Positions 1 to 10,900 of a stretch of DNA of 64,000 nucleotides are shown in pieces. The number at the start of each line of letters is the position of its first letter. Position 1 is the stretch's first letter. The notes below the pieces were generated by a model. It was not told where the DNA came from. It did not search any database and saw only the letters and a list, made by a program, of their open reading frames with translations. A program made the translations under genes and the position numbers. Source of the DNA: Elusimicrobiota bacterium (lineage in GTDB: Bacteria; Elusimicrobiota; Elusimicrobia; F11); assembly GCA_044221725.1 (NCBI GenBank), contig JBGAON010000003.1:512001-576000 (forward strand). Direction: 5' to 3'.

Positions 1-3000
1 ATAGGATGTATTCGAAGCGTTCGTGTTCACGTAAATGCTTTGGAAGCCGTAGGACCCGCCGTTCGTGTAACGCATACGAACTTGGAATTTCCCGTCCAAC
101 GATCCGTCGTTTGAATCAAGCAGAGTCGTATTGCCCGCGAAGTCTAGATTCACGGTGCCCTGGCCACCTTTGTCGAGCGTGACATCCTGAGTGACGTCCG
201 CGCTCGCGATGGTTGCCGTAATTGTCTGCGGACTTAGGCCGGGTACGTCGAACGTCACCAAATAAGTGCCCGCGTCCAGATCAAGCAAGCTGTACGAAAC
301 GCGCGATTCCCCAACCGGAATGTACGCGGAGGCCCATTTTGTTGGATACCCGTTGACGAACGTGTTCGTGTTGGAGTCTTTGATTCCCGCCGCAATGTTT
401 ACGTTGTAGCCGTACGGATTCGAAACGCCGTTGCTCAAATTCACGAAACCAGAAAGTCCTTTTTTCGGCGTGAGGCTCACGTTCCAGGTGTACGTCTCCC
501 CATCGGCCAGCGTGTAGGTGAGCGGCGCCGTCGTGAATCCGGGCAATTCCAAACGAAGCGTGTAAGAAACGCCCGCTTTCAAATAAATGGACGGCTGATC
601 GGTTCCAAATCCATTGTCGCCCGTGGTGCGCCCGTAAGCGAAATGCAACGTGTTCCACAATTCGTTGGCGCCCGTCGCAATGGTGTTTGCGATGGAATTG
701 TCTTTCGTTCGGATGGAGCCCCACAGATCCATGAACGCGTTTGTGCGCGTCGCGTTCACGATTATGCGCGCCAATGGGGCTATCAAAATGTTTCCGAGAT
801 TTTGGTTTGTTCCGTCGAAGCTAAACGTAATGTCTTTGGTCTCGAACCCTTGTTTTTCGATATGCATCGCGTACTGACCCGGAATCAAGCTGCCCACTTC
901 GAACGTTCCATCCGACAATGTTTGTACCGAGCGATAGGTTGGACCATAAAGATTGATGTTCACGCCTTGAAGCGGCGTCGCGTTCGACTTGTTCTTTAGC
1001 GTTCCTTGCACACCGGTGGATTGGATTGAGAACGAGAGGCTTGTGTCCGTTGCGCCCGCTGCTTTGATGCGCAGCTGATAATTGCCCGATGTGGCGTTCC
1101 CTGTGTTCGGATAATAAAGTGTTCCGTTCCACGCCATGCGCACGTTTTGTCCGTAGCCCCACAGCGTTGCAAGAATCGTCGTGAAATTGTCCTTCGAAAT
1201 TTCGATGGTCGATGAAATATTTTGCGCGACTTGATAATTGATAAAGATCGAGTCATCGACGCCATCCCCGTTGGGTGTCATCGCGACATTGGTTTTCGTG
1301 CCCGTATTTCCTGTGTCGATTGAAATGTTGGACAACACGGACCCGTTGACCAACGGATACACGGTCATGAAATTTTCGGAGCTGTACGAACCGCTGTTCA
1401 GGTCCAAGTACGAAATTTTTAAACCGCGCGTTTGCGTGTCCGACGCCTGGAGTTGGTAATAAATTGAGAGGGTGTTTTGCCCGCTCGGAAAAACAACAGT
1501 CTTATTCGAGGCGCCGGCGCTCATATCGCTCGAAGCCGAGATGAGCGCCGTTGAATCAGCCGAATACGAATAAGTCGCGTTGTCCCATTTCACGGCCGTC
1601 ACTTGAATGTTGGTCGCCGAACCCAAATTCGCAAGTTGACCGCAGGTGCTCTTGCCCTGCAATTTCACGGTGGTCACTTGTCCGATTTGCGCAAACGTTT
1701 CGTAGTTTTCAAACCCGAGCCAGTTCGCCACTCCCGCCACCAAATTAACTGTCGGAGACGCAGCGATTTCGGTCGGAAGGCCGCACGCGTTCGCTTGACT
1801 CAGCACACGGATCGGAACATTGTTCTGTATGTCGCAGGTGTAGCTTCGGGCTTTCATGTTGAGCGTAATTGTGTCCCGCTGATTCAGTGTCCCCGTCACG
1901 CCGATGTCGATCAGTTGACCGTTGGCGGTGAGTGTCAGCGTGACGGACTGGTTTGACGTTGTTGCCGTCACATAGCCCGACATGCTTGAGGAATAAGTTT
2001 GCGGATACGCCCAGCCATCGGGAACGCGCACCGAAATTTTTCCGCCACTTAAAATTCCGCGGGAGCCCACCGTGAACGTGAGTGTCATGTTCGTATCGGT
2101 TGAGGTCGGCATCGACGCCGGGCTCACGATGGCCGTTCCTTCTCCATCACCGGCCGATGCGGAACAACCGCCAAACGCGACCGCCGAAGGGCTGTTCGAA
2201 AGCCCACCTGTGTTGAACGCTTCATCGCGCGCGCGAACAGAGAAGAAATAATTTACGCCAGCGGACAAACCATTAAGCGTTATCGATCGCTGGGTACCGG
2301 CAACCGCTGGAATAATAGGAGTAGCGTTGACCGGCGGGGCGGAAATGTCGATGGCGTTCATCCAATCGTTTTCGGTAATAATCGGATTCGGTGCGTATTT
2401 GATCGCGACAGACGTGGCCGTTCCGGTATTCCCGTCGTCACCAGTCGAGGCCCACGAAAGATTTACCGAGCCCTGAACTTGGCCACTTGCGGCCGTTAGG
2501 TTTTGAATAGAAGCGGGCGGCGTGAAGTCGCTGCCCGCGCCACCGGTTGCTCCGCTAACAAAGAAATCGACCACGGAGGGCGACGAGAGCAAACCCGCGT
2601 TGTCAACCGCTTGAACGGTGATCTGGTAATGACCATTGTTCCAATACGGCAAATTCGTGTACGACCAATAATTGTTCATGTAATTCGAATCCGTGAAGTG
2701 CGCCGCTGACATCCACGATTGAGAGGTCGGCGCCCAGTGCAGATTCAAATTTAAATCGGTGATATCCACCTGCACTTTTGAAACACTTTGATCGTCGTTG
2801 GCGCTGCCGCTGATTATCGTGAGATTGGACGGTGCGTACACTTGGGCGTTTACGAGGGAATAAATGGCAACCGTTGGCGGCGCATTCGATCCTCCGGCCG
2901 CTCCCGAAATGGTGATGTTGTGGGACGCTTGGGTTTCCTTGCTGGCAATATCTTTGGCTTTTGCAGTGACGATGTAGGTGCCCGCTGACCACATTGCCAT

Positions 3001-6000
3001 GGGAACCGTGACCGCCCAAGATGCGGCACCGTTCGCGCGAATAAAAGAATCGCCCGAACGCCACAGACCGCCGTCCCATGTGTAACCATCGCTGTTGCGC
3101 GTAATCCTTACGTCCACGTGATCGACACCGGTGTCGTCGGTGGCATTACCCGAAATTGACGTTAACTGGTCCGGCGAATAGCTCGCGTTGTTGGCCGGTT
3201 GATAAATCGAGACCGTTGGTGGCGTCGCATCGCCGGCGCCGGCGCCCGCACCATAGACGGTGAAATTTGTAATTTTTGTGGCCAGATTTCCGGATTGATC
3301 CGTTGCATTTACTTCCAGCGCGTAACCGCCGTTCGTGTAAATTGATGAGGGAACCGTGTAGCTGAAATCGATTCCGGTGCCATTGTTTGTGAATGTGGGG
3401 TACAACAAATACTTTGTGCTCGAAGCAAACGCGTTTCCGTTGTAGTACATCACCGTGCTTGTGTTTTTAAGAGCGAGCGTGATGTTGGAAATTCCAAACG
3501 CGTCGGCGGCTCGTCCGGATATCGTTGTGAATGAGTAGGGCGTTTGGTTTGCGTTGTCGGCCGGATTGTAAACGTAGATTTCTGGTGGCACGGTGTCGGC
3601 GGCTCCTCCACCGCTGATGCCCGAGACCGTGAATTGGTTCGAAACCGTTGTGAGATTGTTCGCGCCGTCGCGAATTTGCAGGAAGATGGTGAATGTGTCG
3701 TTCTTCCATGCGTTGATCGGGACCGCCCAGTTCCACGGAGAAACCGTGCCCACATTTTGTGTGACCGGCGTCGCGCTGGTCCAACTGTTTCCATTGAAGT
3801 AGTTGTTGCTGCTGTCACGCATCCACACCAAAACCTCGGAAACTTGATTGTTGTCGGCCGCCGTGCCGTTCAAATTTGCCAGCGTGGACGCCGAAGTGTA
3901 ACTCGCACCATTCGCGGGAACCAAGATCGCTCCCGTCGGAAGAATCGCGTCGGAAACGGGTCCGCCCGCGCTTTGCGCCGTGAACGTGACGGTTTGACTT
4001 TGGGTGTTGTTCGATGTGTCCTTGGCGCGGGCTTCCAACAGATACGCGCCGTTCGTTAAAGCGGCGGCTGGCAGCGAAAACGTCCAATACGCCATGCCGT
4101 TTGTCGGCAAATAGGTTTGCACGCCCGCATTAAATCCCACTCCGTTGTAGTAAAGGTTTGTGGAAAGCTGTTTAACACTCACTTCGACCATTTGAAGTCC
4201 CACCGCGTCGCCGGCATTTCCATTTATGGTTAGTATTGTTGGATCGGAAATGGAACCGTCCACGGGATTCGTGATGGTGACGTACGGCGGAACCGTGTCT
4301 CCGGCTTGTGCCGAATTAACCGTGAAATTCGAAATGGCGTACGAGATGTTGTTGTTCCCGTCGCGCGCTTTGGCTTTCAATCGGTATTGATGCCCGCTCA
4401 CCCACTTGTTCGACGGAATGCTCGTGAAATACCACGGGTTTGGGTTGGGCATGATGAGAAAGTTTTCGGTGAGATTGTTGAAGTCTGCCATGGCGGTATC
4501 CCAATATTTGTTGATGGTCACATCAAGAATGGAAGCGCTTGCCTCCACATAGCTGCGATCATCGTTGGCGTTTCCGCTCATAGTGACGAGCGAGGCCGGT
4601 GCCTGCGTGCTTCCGTCCGTTGGAAAATAAATGGAAATAGTTGGATAAACGAAGTCGGCGCCGCCACCGCTCGACACGGAAAAATTGGCGCTTTGAACAC
4701 CTTGGTTGTTCGAAAAATCGGCAGCGGTTAAGCTCATGGCATAATTTCCGGATTGAGAAAAAGCCGAGACGGGCATTGTGAACTGCCAAAATCCGGGTGT
4801 CACGTTGTTAAAAATCGGACCGGCAATCCAGGTGTTGCTGTTATTGTTCCAATCGAGGTTGTCCGCCAAGCGCGTGATACGAACTTTGGCCCAACTCACG
4901 CCCACGTTGTCGCTCACGTTTCCCGAGAGCAGTGTTAACTGACTATCGGTGTAGGTGCCCGCATTTGATGGATAATAAATCACGACGCTCGGGGGCGTGC
5001 TCTCAACGTCGGCGACCGGTGTTATTTGCGATGTTGCCGACGCTTGATTTCCACTGGCGTCGGTCGCCGTTACGGTAATCGTATAAAGACCACCGGTGCT
5101 CCAAGTGACCGCGCCTCCGTTGAAATTCCAGCTTGCGGTGCCGGTCGCCGGATTTGAAATTTGTTGCGCGCCGCTCCAATAATTACCGTTGGAATTCCAC
5201 CAGCCGGCTGGACCTTGAATCATGATCTGAACGTTTTGGACGCTGACATTGTCGGCCGCCGTTCCCGAAATTGTTGCCAAAGAGGAGATGGTTGGGTTGC
5301 TGCCATTTGTGGGCGCGTCGATTTGGACGGTTGGAGCCGTTGAATCACCGCTTCCCCCACCGATCGTAAAATTGATGTTCGGGGTGATCTGAGAATTGTT
5401 CGATGTGTCCATGGCGGTCGCTGTTAAAGAATAGGATCCGGTTTGCGACCAGGCGGAAAGCGGCGTCGTCAGTTGCCAAAATGCAAGACCGCTTGGCACG
5501 TTGTTGATCGGACCGGACACCCAGGAAACCGAGTTGTTGTTCCAGTACAATCCGTCGCTTAATCGCTTAATCGTGATGTTCACCTGCGACAGGCCCACGG
5601 CGTCCGCCGCGGATCCGGAAATTAGCGTCAATTGCGAACCGGTGTAGTCTCCACCGTTTGTGGGCGAGTATACGAGGATGGTGGGTGGGGTCGTATCTGC
5701 ACCGCCGCTGCCGGTCACGCTGAAATTGATAGCACCCGACGTCGCATTGTTGTTCGATGTATCCATCGCTTTTGCGGTCACCGTGTAGTTTCCGGTTTGC
5801 GACCACGCCGACATCGGCAGCGCCGTGCTCCAGTTGGACAACGGCGGCGTCGCAAAATTATCAACGGGGCCGGCGACCCAGGCGTTTGTATTGACGTTCC
5901 AATACAGATTGTCGGACAGCCGTTTTATTTGAAGCGTCACTTGCGATAACGCGACGTCATCGCTTGCTGAGCCGGATAAACTCGTCAATTGCGAAGCGGT

Positions 6001-6864
6001 GTAACTTCCACTGTTCGCTGGTGTGTACACCATGATGAGAGGTGACGTTGAATCGTTGCCGCCGCTGCTTGTGATGTTGAAATTTACGACAGCCGATATC
6101 GTTACATTGTTTGAAGTGTCTTTCGCTTTCGCCTTGAAAGTGTAGCTTCCGTTTTGTGTCCACGCTCCAATCGGCAGAGTGGTATTCCAGTTCGCGAGTC
6201 CATTCGCCACGTTGTCGATCGGGCCAACAACCCAATTGTTCGAACCCACGCTCCAATACAAATTGTCCGAAAGCCGTTTGATTTCAAAAGTGATTTGCGA
6301 CAGCGCAACGTTATCCGCGCCTGTTCCAGATATTCCCGTGAGTTGTGATGCGGTGTAACTGGCATTGTTTGCTGGCGTATAGACGTTTACTGTGGGCGGC
6401 GTGCTGTCGCCACCGCCACTGGTGATGCTGAAGTTGACGTTGCTCGATAGCGTGGCGTTGCTTGAAGTGTCGGTCGCCGTGGCGGTCAACGAGTAGTTCC
6501 CGACTTGAGACCACGCGGAAATTGGCATCGTGAGATTCCACGTTCCGAATGGTCCACTCGCAGAATTGTTCACCGGAGTCGATCCCCACGTGGAATTTCC
6601 AGAATTCCAAAACAAGTTGTCCGACAGGCGTTTAATTTTCACCGTGACAGAGGCCAACGCCACGTTGTCGTTTGCGTTACCGGAAATGCTCGTTAGTTGC
6701 GATGAGGTGTAACTGGCGTTGTTGGCTGGAGAGTACACGCTGATGGTGGGCGCAATTGTGTCGATCGCTGAAGCCAGTGCTGCAGAAAATAAAAACAATC
6801 CACCCAGAACAACCTTGGGCAGAATGCGTCCCCGAGCGATCCCCTCTTTGATTCGCATTTTCAT
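1..6864 (-). CDS. Giant secreted surface protein (>=2288 aa, 3' end outside window): signal peptide, 12 Ig-like repeats, FN3 domain, then a region paralogous to the 7904..14089 protein
   Basis: Manual translation from ATG 6864 gives MKMRIKEGIARGRILPKVVLGGLFLFSAALASA-IDTIAPTISVYSP.... The same frame reads as protein at spot checks (4680, 2580, 780, 60: GGSYGFQSIYVNTNASNTSY). It is missing from the ORF track, consistent with having no stop codon in the window. Confidence 0.9.
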   Translation of the reverse strand, partial: MKMRIKEGIARGRILPKVVLGGLFLFSAALASAIDTIAPTISVYSPANNASYTSSQLTSISGNANDNVALASVTVKIKRLSDNLFWNSGNSTWGSTPVNNSASGPFGTWNLTMPISAWSQVGNYSLTATATDTSSNATLSSNVNFSITSGGGDSTPPTVNVYTPANNASYTASQLTGISGTGADNVALSQITFEIKRLSDNLYWSVGSNNWVVGPIDNVANGLANWNTTLPIGAWTQNGSYTFKAKAKDTSNNVTISAVVNFNITSSGGNDSTSPLIMVYTPANSGSYTASQLTSLSGSASDDVALSQVTLQIKRLSDNLYWNVNTNAWVAGPVDNFATPPLSNWSTALPMSAWSQTGNYTVTAKAMDTSNNNATSGAINFSVTGSGGADTTPPTILVYSPTNGGDYTGSQLTLISGSAADAVGLSQVNITIKRLSDGLYWNNNSVSWVSGPINNVPSGLAFWQLTTPLSAWSQTGSYSLTATAMDTSNNSQITPNINFTIGGGSGDSTAPTVQIDAPTNGSNPTISSLATISGTAADNVSVQNVQIMIQGPAGWWNSNGNYWSGAQQISNPATGTASWNFNGGAVTWSTGGLYTITVTATDASGNQASATSQITPVADVESTPPSVVIYYPSNAGTYTDSQLTLLSGNVSDNVGVSWAKVRITRLADNLDWNNNSNTWIAGPIFNNVTPGFWQFTMPVSAFSQSGNYAMSLTAADFSNNQGVQSANFSVSSGGGADFVYPTISIYFPTDGSTQAPASLVTMSGNANDDRSYVEASASILDVTINKYWDTAMADFNNLTENFLIMPNPNPWYFTSIPSNKWVSGHQYRLKAKARDGNNNISYAISNFTVNSAQAGDTVPPYVTITNPVDGSISDPTILTINGNAGDAVGLQMVEVSVKQLSTNLYYNGVGFNAGVQTYLPTNGMAYWTFSLPAAALTNGAYLLEARAKDTSNNTQSQTVTFTAQSAGGPVSDAILPTGAILVPANGASYTSASTLANLNGTAADNNQVSEVLVWMRDSSNNYFNGNSWTSATPVTQNVGTVSPWNWAVPINAWKNDTFTIFLQIRDGANNLTTVSNQFTVSGISGGGAADTVPPEIYVYNPADNANQTPYSFTTISGRAADAFGISNITLALKNTSTVMYYNGNAFASSTKYLLYPTFTNNGTGIDFSYTVPSSIYTNGGYALEVNATDQSGNLATKITNFTVYGAGAGAGDATPPTVSIYQPANNASYSPDQLTSISGNATDDTGVDHVDVRITRNSDGYTWDGGLWRSGDSFIRANGAASWAVTVPMAMWSAGTYIVTAKAKDIASKETQASHNITISGAAGGSNAPPTVAIYSLVNAQVYAPSNLTIISGSANDDQSVSKVQVDITDLNLNLHWAPTSQSWMSAAHFTDSNYMNNYWSYTNLPYWNNGHYQITVQAVDNAGLLSSPSVVDFFVSGATGGAGSDFTPPASIQNLTAASGQVQGSVNLSWASTGDDGNTGTATSVAIKYAPNPIITENDWMNAIDISAPPVNATPIIPAVAGTQRSITLNGLSAGVNYFFSVRARDEAFNTGGLSNSPSAVAFGGCSASAGDGEGTAIVSPASMPTSTDTNMTLTFTVGSRGILSGGKISVRVPDGWAYPQTYSSSMSGYVTATTSNQSVTLTLTANGQLIDIGVTGTLNQRDTITLNMKARSYTCDIQNNVPIRVLSQANACGLPTEIAASPTVNLVAGVANWLGFENYETFAQIGQVTTVKLQGKSTCGQLANLGSATNIQVTAVKWDNATYSYSADSTALISASSDMSAGASNKTVVFPSGQNTLSIYYQLQASDTQTRGLKISYLDLNSGSYSSENFMTVYPLVNGSVLSNISIDTGNTGTKTNVAMTPNGDGVDDSIFINYQVAQNISSTIEISKDNFTTILATLWGYGQNVRMAWNGTLYYPNTGNATSGNYQLRIKAAGATDTSLSFSIQSTGVQGTLKNKSNATPLQGVNINLYGPTYRSVQTLSDGTFEVGSLIPGQYAMHIEKQGFETKDITFSFDGTNQNLGNILIAPLARIIVNATRTNAFMDLWGSIRTKDNSIANTIATGANELWNTLHFAYGRTTGDNGFGTDQPSIYLKAGVSYTLRLELPGFTTAPLTYTLADGETYTWNVSLTPKKGLSGFVNLSNGVSNPYGYNVNIAAGIKDSNTNTFVNGYPTKWASAYIPVGESRVSYSLLDLDAGTYLVTFDVPGLSPQTITATIASADVTQDVTLDKGGQGTVNLDFAGNTTLLDSNDGSLDGKFQVRMRYTNGGSYGFQSIYVNTNASNTSY
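2530..6762 (-). repeat. 12 tandem ~114-122 aa Ig-like (Big-type) coding repeats
   Basis: Units start at about 6762, 6408, 6054, 5697, 5346, 5004, 4656, 4299, 3951, 3597, 3231 and 2886. Each begins D/E/N-x-x-(P)-P-T and shows motifs like SG.A.D...L..V...I...YWN and G.Y...A.A.D.S.N. Units are joined by Gly-rich linkers. Confidence 0.85.
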
Positions 6865-6873
6865 GAACGATTA

Positions 6874-6907
6874 AGAGTAAGGGCAGGCGATGACAAAGCC
6901 GTGACAA
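6874..6907 (-). promoter_or_regulatory. Pho-box-like (OmpR/PhoB family) direct repeat plus -10 element upstream of the giant gene
   Basis: Minus strand reads TTGTCAC-ggct-TTGTCAT-(10 nt)-TACTCT-(9 nt)-ATG. Confidence 0.5.
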
Positions 6908-6986
6908 TAATAAGAAGAAGTAAGGATTTTTGTGTTTCTAAAGATAACGGATTGGGTTGATTTTTAGAGGTGATTTTTGGAGGAAA

Positions 6987-7907
6987 TTAGAACTGCATTT
7001 TCGCGGCGTATCGGAACGTATTTCCGAGATCTCCGAACGGAATCCACGCGAAGTCGAAGTCAAATTGCTTGTATCCGAGGCCGGCTCCGACAGACATTCC
7101 GTTCGCGCCACCCGGGTCCGTGTTCGCCGAGTTATACCCGATGCGCCCCGCGTATCGAATTTTTCCGAAAATGGCGTTCCGCCATTCTGTTCCAAGTCCA
7201 AACTTTATGCCAGTGTCTCGAATGTGGCGCACGTCGCCGAGCACCAACAGTCGATCTTCGAGGAGGCGCACCGTGGCGCCACCATCCAACGTTAATGGAA
7301 GCGGATCCGATTCTTCTTGGAATTTAACCTTCGTTCCAAAATGCCGAATCGCGAAACCGACGGAAACCGGATGCTCCTCGAAACGTTTCAGAATGCCCAC
7401 ATCACCGGCCCACGCACTGGCGGAGGTGCTGTCAATCTGTTCGCGGATCCAGCGCATGTTCCCGCCAATGCCGAAGGTTTCCCCAAGCGAGTGTCCATAC
7501 GAAATGGTGTAAGCCGCATCCTGATTTTCAAACGTACCGCTTGATGATTCGTCGACGTCGCGACGAGTTAACGCGTCGGTTTGTAACGTGGCGATGGAGA
7601 GACCCACCGTTCCGTGTTTCGTCGGTTGCACGTAGGCACCAAAATTGTAATTGAGCCCCTGAAAATATTGGGTGTGCATCGCCATAATTTCCGCTTTTTG
7701 CAAAAGTCCGAGACCGCCCGGGTTGTAATAGAGGGCATTGACGTCGTCAGCAGCGCCTACAAACGCGTCGCCGAGCGCGGTCGGCCGAGCGCCGGCACCG
7801 ATTTTTAGAAACTGAGCACCGGAAGTCCCCGCCTTTTTCCCGCTCGCATAAACATTGCTGATGGCGAACAGCAGCACCGGGAATATCAAAAACCTCGACC
7901 GGATCAC
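6987..7907 (-). CDS. PorV/PorQ (UPF0164)-family outer-membrane beta-barrel
   Basis: Contains GTSGAQFLKIGAGARPTALGDAFVGAADDVNALYYNPGGL and ends in C-terminal F. The likely start is GTG 7907, overlapping the upstream TGA (GTGA), followed by a signal peptide. Confidence 0.85.
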   Translation of the reverse strand: MIRSRFLIFPVLLFAISNVYASGKKAGTSGAQFLKIGAGARPTALGDAFVGAADDVNALYYNPGGLGLLQKAEIMAMHTQYFQGLNYNFGAYVQPTKHGTVGLSIATLQTDALTRRDVDESSSGTFENQDAAYTISYGHSLGETFGIGGNMRWIREQIDSTSASAWAGDVGILKRFEEHPVSVGFAIRHFGTKVKFQEESDPLPLTLDGGATVRLLEDRLLVLGDVRHIRDTGIKFGLGTEWRNAIFGKIRYAGRIGYNSANTDPGGANGMSVGAGLGYKQFDFDFAWIPFGDLGNTFRYAAKMQF

Positions 7908-10900
7908 TTCAGCACCGCCATTTTGAAAAATTTCTCGTTCCCGCCATCGACCGTGAATCGGCCGATGTAGGTGCCGGACGCCACCGGTTCGTCGTGATCG
8001 TTTCGTCCGTCCCATTCGAGATAGTTGTGAGCTCCGCTTGTGAGAGGTGTGTGCAGCGTTCGGACCAATTCCCCCGCCACATCAAAAATTTGGATTTGCG
8101 CGGTTCCGGCGATTGTTGTTGGAATGCTCATCTTCAACATCGTGCCGTTGATCGACTGAGATGCGCTGGCCGTGCCCGGGTTTTGCAACGTGACCGTCTT
8201 TTGTTTCAGATTAAAAGGATTCGGGAAATTAATGATGGCAAGTTCTCCCGTGTATCCGCCGCCGGTAATAATCGATGCGCTTGAACCGAGAATCGTGAAC
8301 ACCGACGCGTGCGCGATATCGGCGCACACGCGCGTGTTGTCGGTGTCGACCGCTTTGTTCGTGCTCTCGAGCACGTACTCGTTCGTGGCGCTGTTGTAGT
8401 AGTAGATGTTTAAGACCGAAGGGTCCGGCACGCTCGAATCGTAGGTAAGACAAATTCGTGCGCTCTTGCCTTCCGGAAAGAAATGGCTTACGCCCGCGGG
8501 CAAGAACACGTCATAGAACGAACTGAGTGGTGATACATCGAGTGTTTTGAGGCGTGACATGGCCGCTGCCATTTCGGACGGATAGGACTTCATACCAAGT
8601 CTTCCGGCCACGTCCAGCGCACCAAGCCGAGAGCCGCGCAACGCCGACGATGACAATGCGCTTTGTGTCGCGGCCGCTTTGAGAACCACATCGGCCGTGG
8701 CCGTGTCATCGTCTCCAAGAAATCCTGCCGACGCCGTGAAGCTCGAACCGTCGTTCGCCTGAGAAAGGTCGACCTTCCCGCCGTTCGCGTTCGTCAATGT
8801 CACTGTGTTTTGGCGCGCAATCCCAACGAAGAAAGTGAAGGGACCGTTAATGGTGTGATTGGTACCCGTTTTATCGTCTACAGAAACGAACGTACCATGA
8901 ACCGTAATGACAAAAGAAGAATCGCCTGCGCCCGGCGTGTACGTGGCTTGCGCTTGTCTCCGATCCGATGAAATTGTCGGAGCCGAAAGTGTTCCTGCGC
9001 CAGTCGTGAGCGTGAACAGTTCGTTGTCATCTTTGACGCCGTTGCTGTCGAGATCGGTGTCTGAATTCCTCAATGTGTCATCAAATTTATAGATGATCGT
9101 AAACGTGCCATCGTTATTCCTTATTGATTGTGCGAGACCGCCCGGCGTCGGTGTTTGGAACGTGAGATCCAGTGACGTGTCGCTCTTCAACGTTACATTC
9201 GTCGCGAGACTAATAATCGTGTTCGAATCATCGAAACCGACAATCGTGTAGGCTTTGTTCGGCTGCATACCAGCAATGGCATAGGAAAGGAGATTTCCGG
9301 AGGCATCGTTCACCATTTTTGCAATGGAAATCTCGTTAAAGTTGTCTCGTACGGCCAAAACGCTCTCGAGCTCTTTTTGGCTGACCGAATCTCCGTTCGA
9401 TTTCGTAATTTTTCCTGACAGCGTGTACCCGGCCGGAAGGGTGAGCGTTCCGAGATCCACGGCCTGGTTTGGTGCGACGGTGACGTTCCGTTTCGCCACG
9501 CTGCCGTAACCGCGTGAAAGAATGAACAGGTCATAAACGCCGGCCGCGAGACCCGTTACATTCATTTGACCGTCGCCCGAAACCGCGTCAAACAAATCGC
9601 CGAGAGGGTTGTCTTGCGGTTTGTCGGGAAGGTGATTTAGGATTACGTAGGCCCCCGGAAGATTGTCGTCGCCTTCCTCGCCAAACGGAACCAACATTTG
9701 GCCGCCATCAGAAGTCCCCACGTGCGCGGTAATTTTGCTTGTAGCGGGTTGAAGAGTGAAATCCACGTTCGTGATGTTCTGAGTGTCGATGGGACCGCGG
9801 ATAACTTGTCCGTAGCGGCCCAGTCCTGTGTCGCCGATGTAGCGTGTATCAAACGGATCGGGGCGTCTCGCGGCCGTGAACAAATAGTAGCGCTCGTCGG
9901 CTGAATCGATTCCGTGAAACGCATACTTGCCGCTGTCATTCGTGAACGTTTCGAGATTGTTGTCATCGTTGTGACCGTTGCGGCGCGCGCCCTGCGCCGT
10001 GATACGAACGTTTGGAACCGGGTTCCCAGATGAGTCCCGAACGGTGCCCGTAATTTGAATTCCTTCGTCCAGTGAAATAAAGCCCAGATCCTTCGTTTCT
10101 CCTTCGGAAACAGTGATTCCGCTTTTTGTAATTGGCACGAACTGCTTTTTGCCGGCCGCGATATCGGCCTCGGTTGGCGGCGCAAACGCGCGAACCAATA
10201 TATCGTAGGTGCCCGGGTTAACCGCCACGTTGAAATAACCGTTGCTATCAATGAGCGGCATCTGCGATGAGCCATAGCCGCCCGGAATTTGGGGGTTGCT
10301 GCGCGCTTCCACATGCAGATCGGTTGTGAAATACTGCGAATAGTTGGACGCCGATATTACAACGCCGGATTTTTTAATTTGGAATCGTCCTTTGATGAGC
10401 CCGGAATTAACCAGTTGGATTTCCTTGTTTGTGAGATCGGAGGCCAGGACGGTAACGGATTGATCTTTTGAAGAATATTTTTGCGGATAACTATCGCGAA
10501 CCGTGAGAACATAATTCCCGGGGCGAACTTTGTCGAGCGAGTAACCAACCGAGTTGCCGGTCAAATTGACCGTGTTTTGCGTCAGGAGATTTCCGTTGCT
10601 GTCCATGAGCATCACGTTCAATTGGCGTCCCGTCTCGGTCTGGCCGCCGCCCAATCGAACGGTGCCGCTCACTTTGTAACCGTCGGAGACCGTCATGTCT
10701 TTGCCTATGAGATTTTGATTTGAAATGTACGCGATGATTTGTGTTTCGCTGACCTCGTTGTGGTCCGATAAATCGCCATCAATTTCACCGTTCGTGGTAA
10801 GGCGATAGGAGCCGGGAGCAAGTCCACTGATGGTGTAATCCCCATTCGCATCATAGAAACCAACGAACGTTTCTTTTGGATCGTAAAAGATTGAATTTGC

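Noticed and set aside
2530..6762. ~350-bp periodicity considered as a CRISPR array or DGR-type repeats
   Set aside because: The repeats are diverged in-frame protein domains. There are no identical short repeats with spacers, and no cas or reverse transcriptase gene is present.
281..6907. Many short ORFs on both strands in the ORF track
   Set aside because: They are alternative-frame shadows of the single giant minus-strand ORF starting at 6864.
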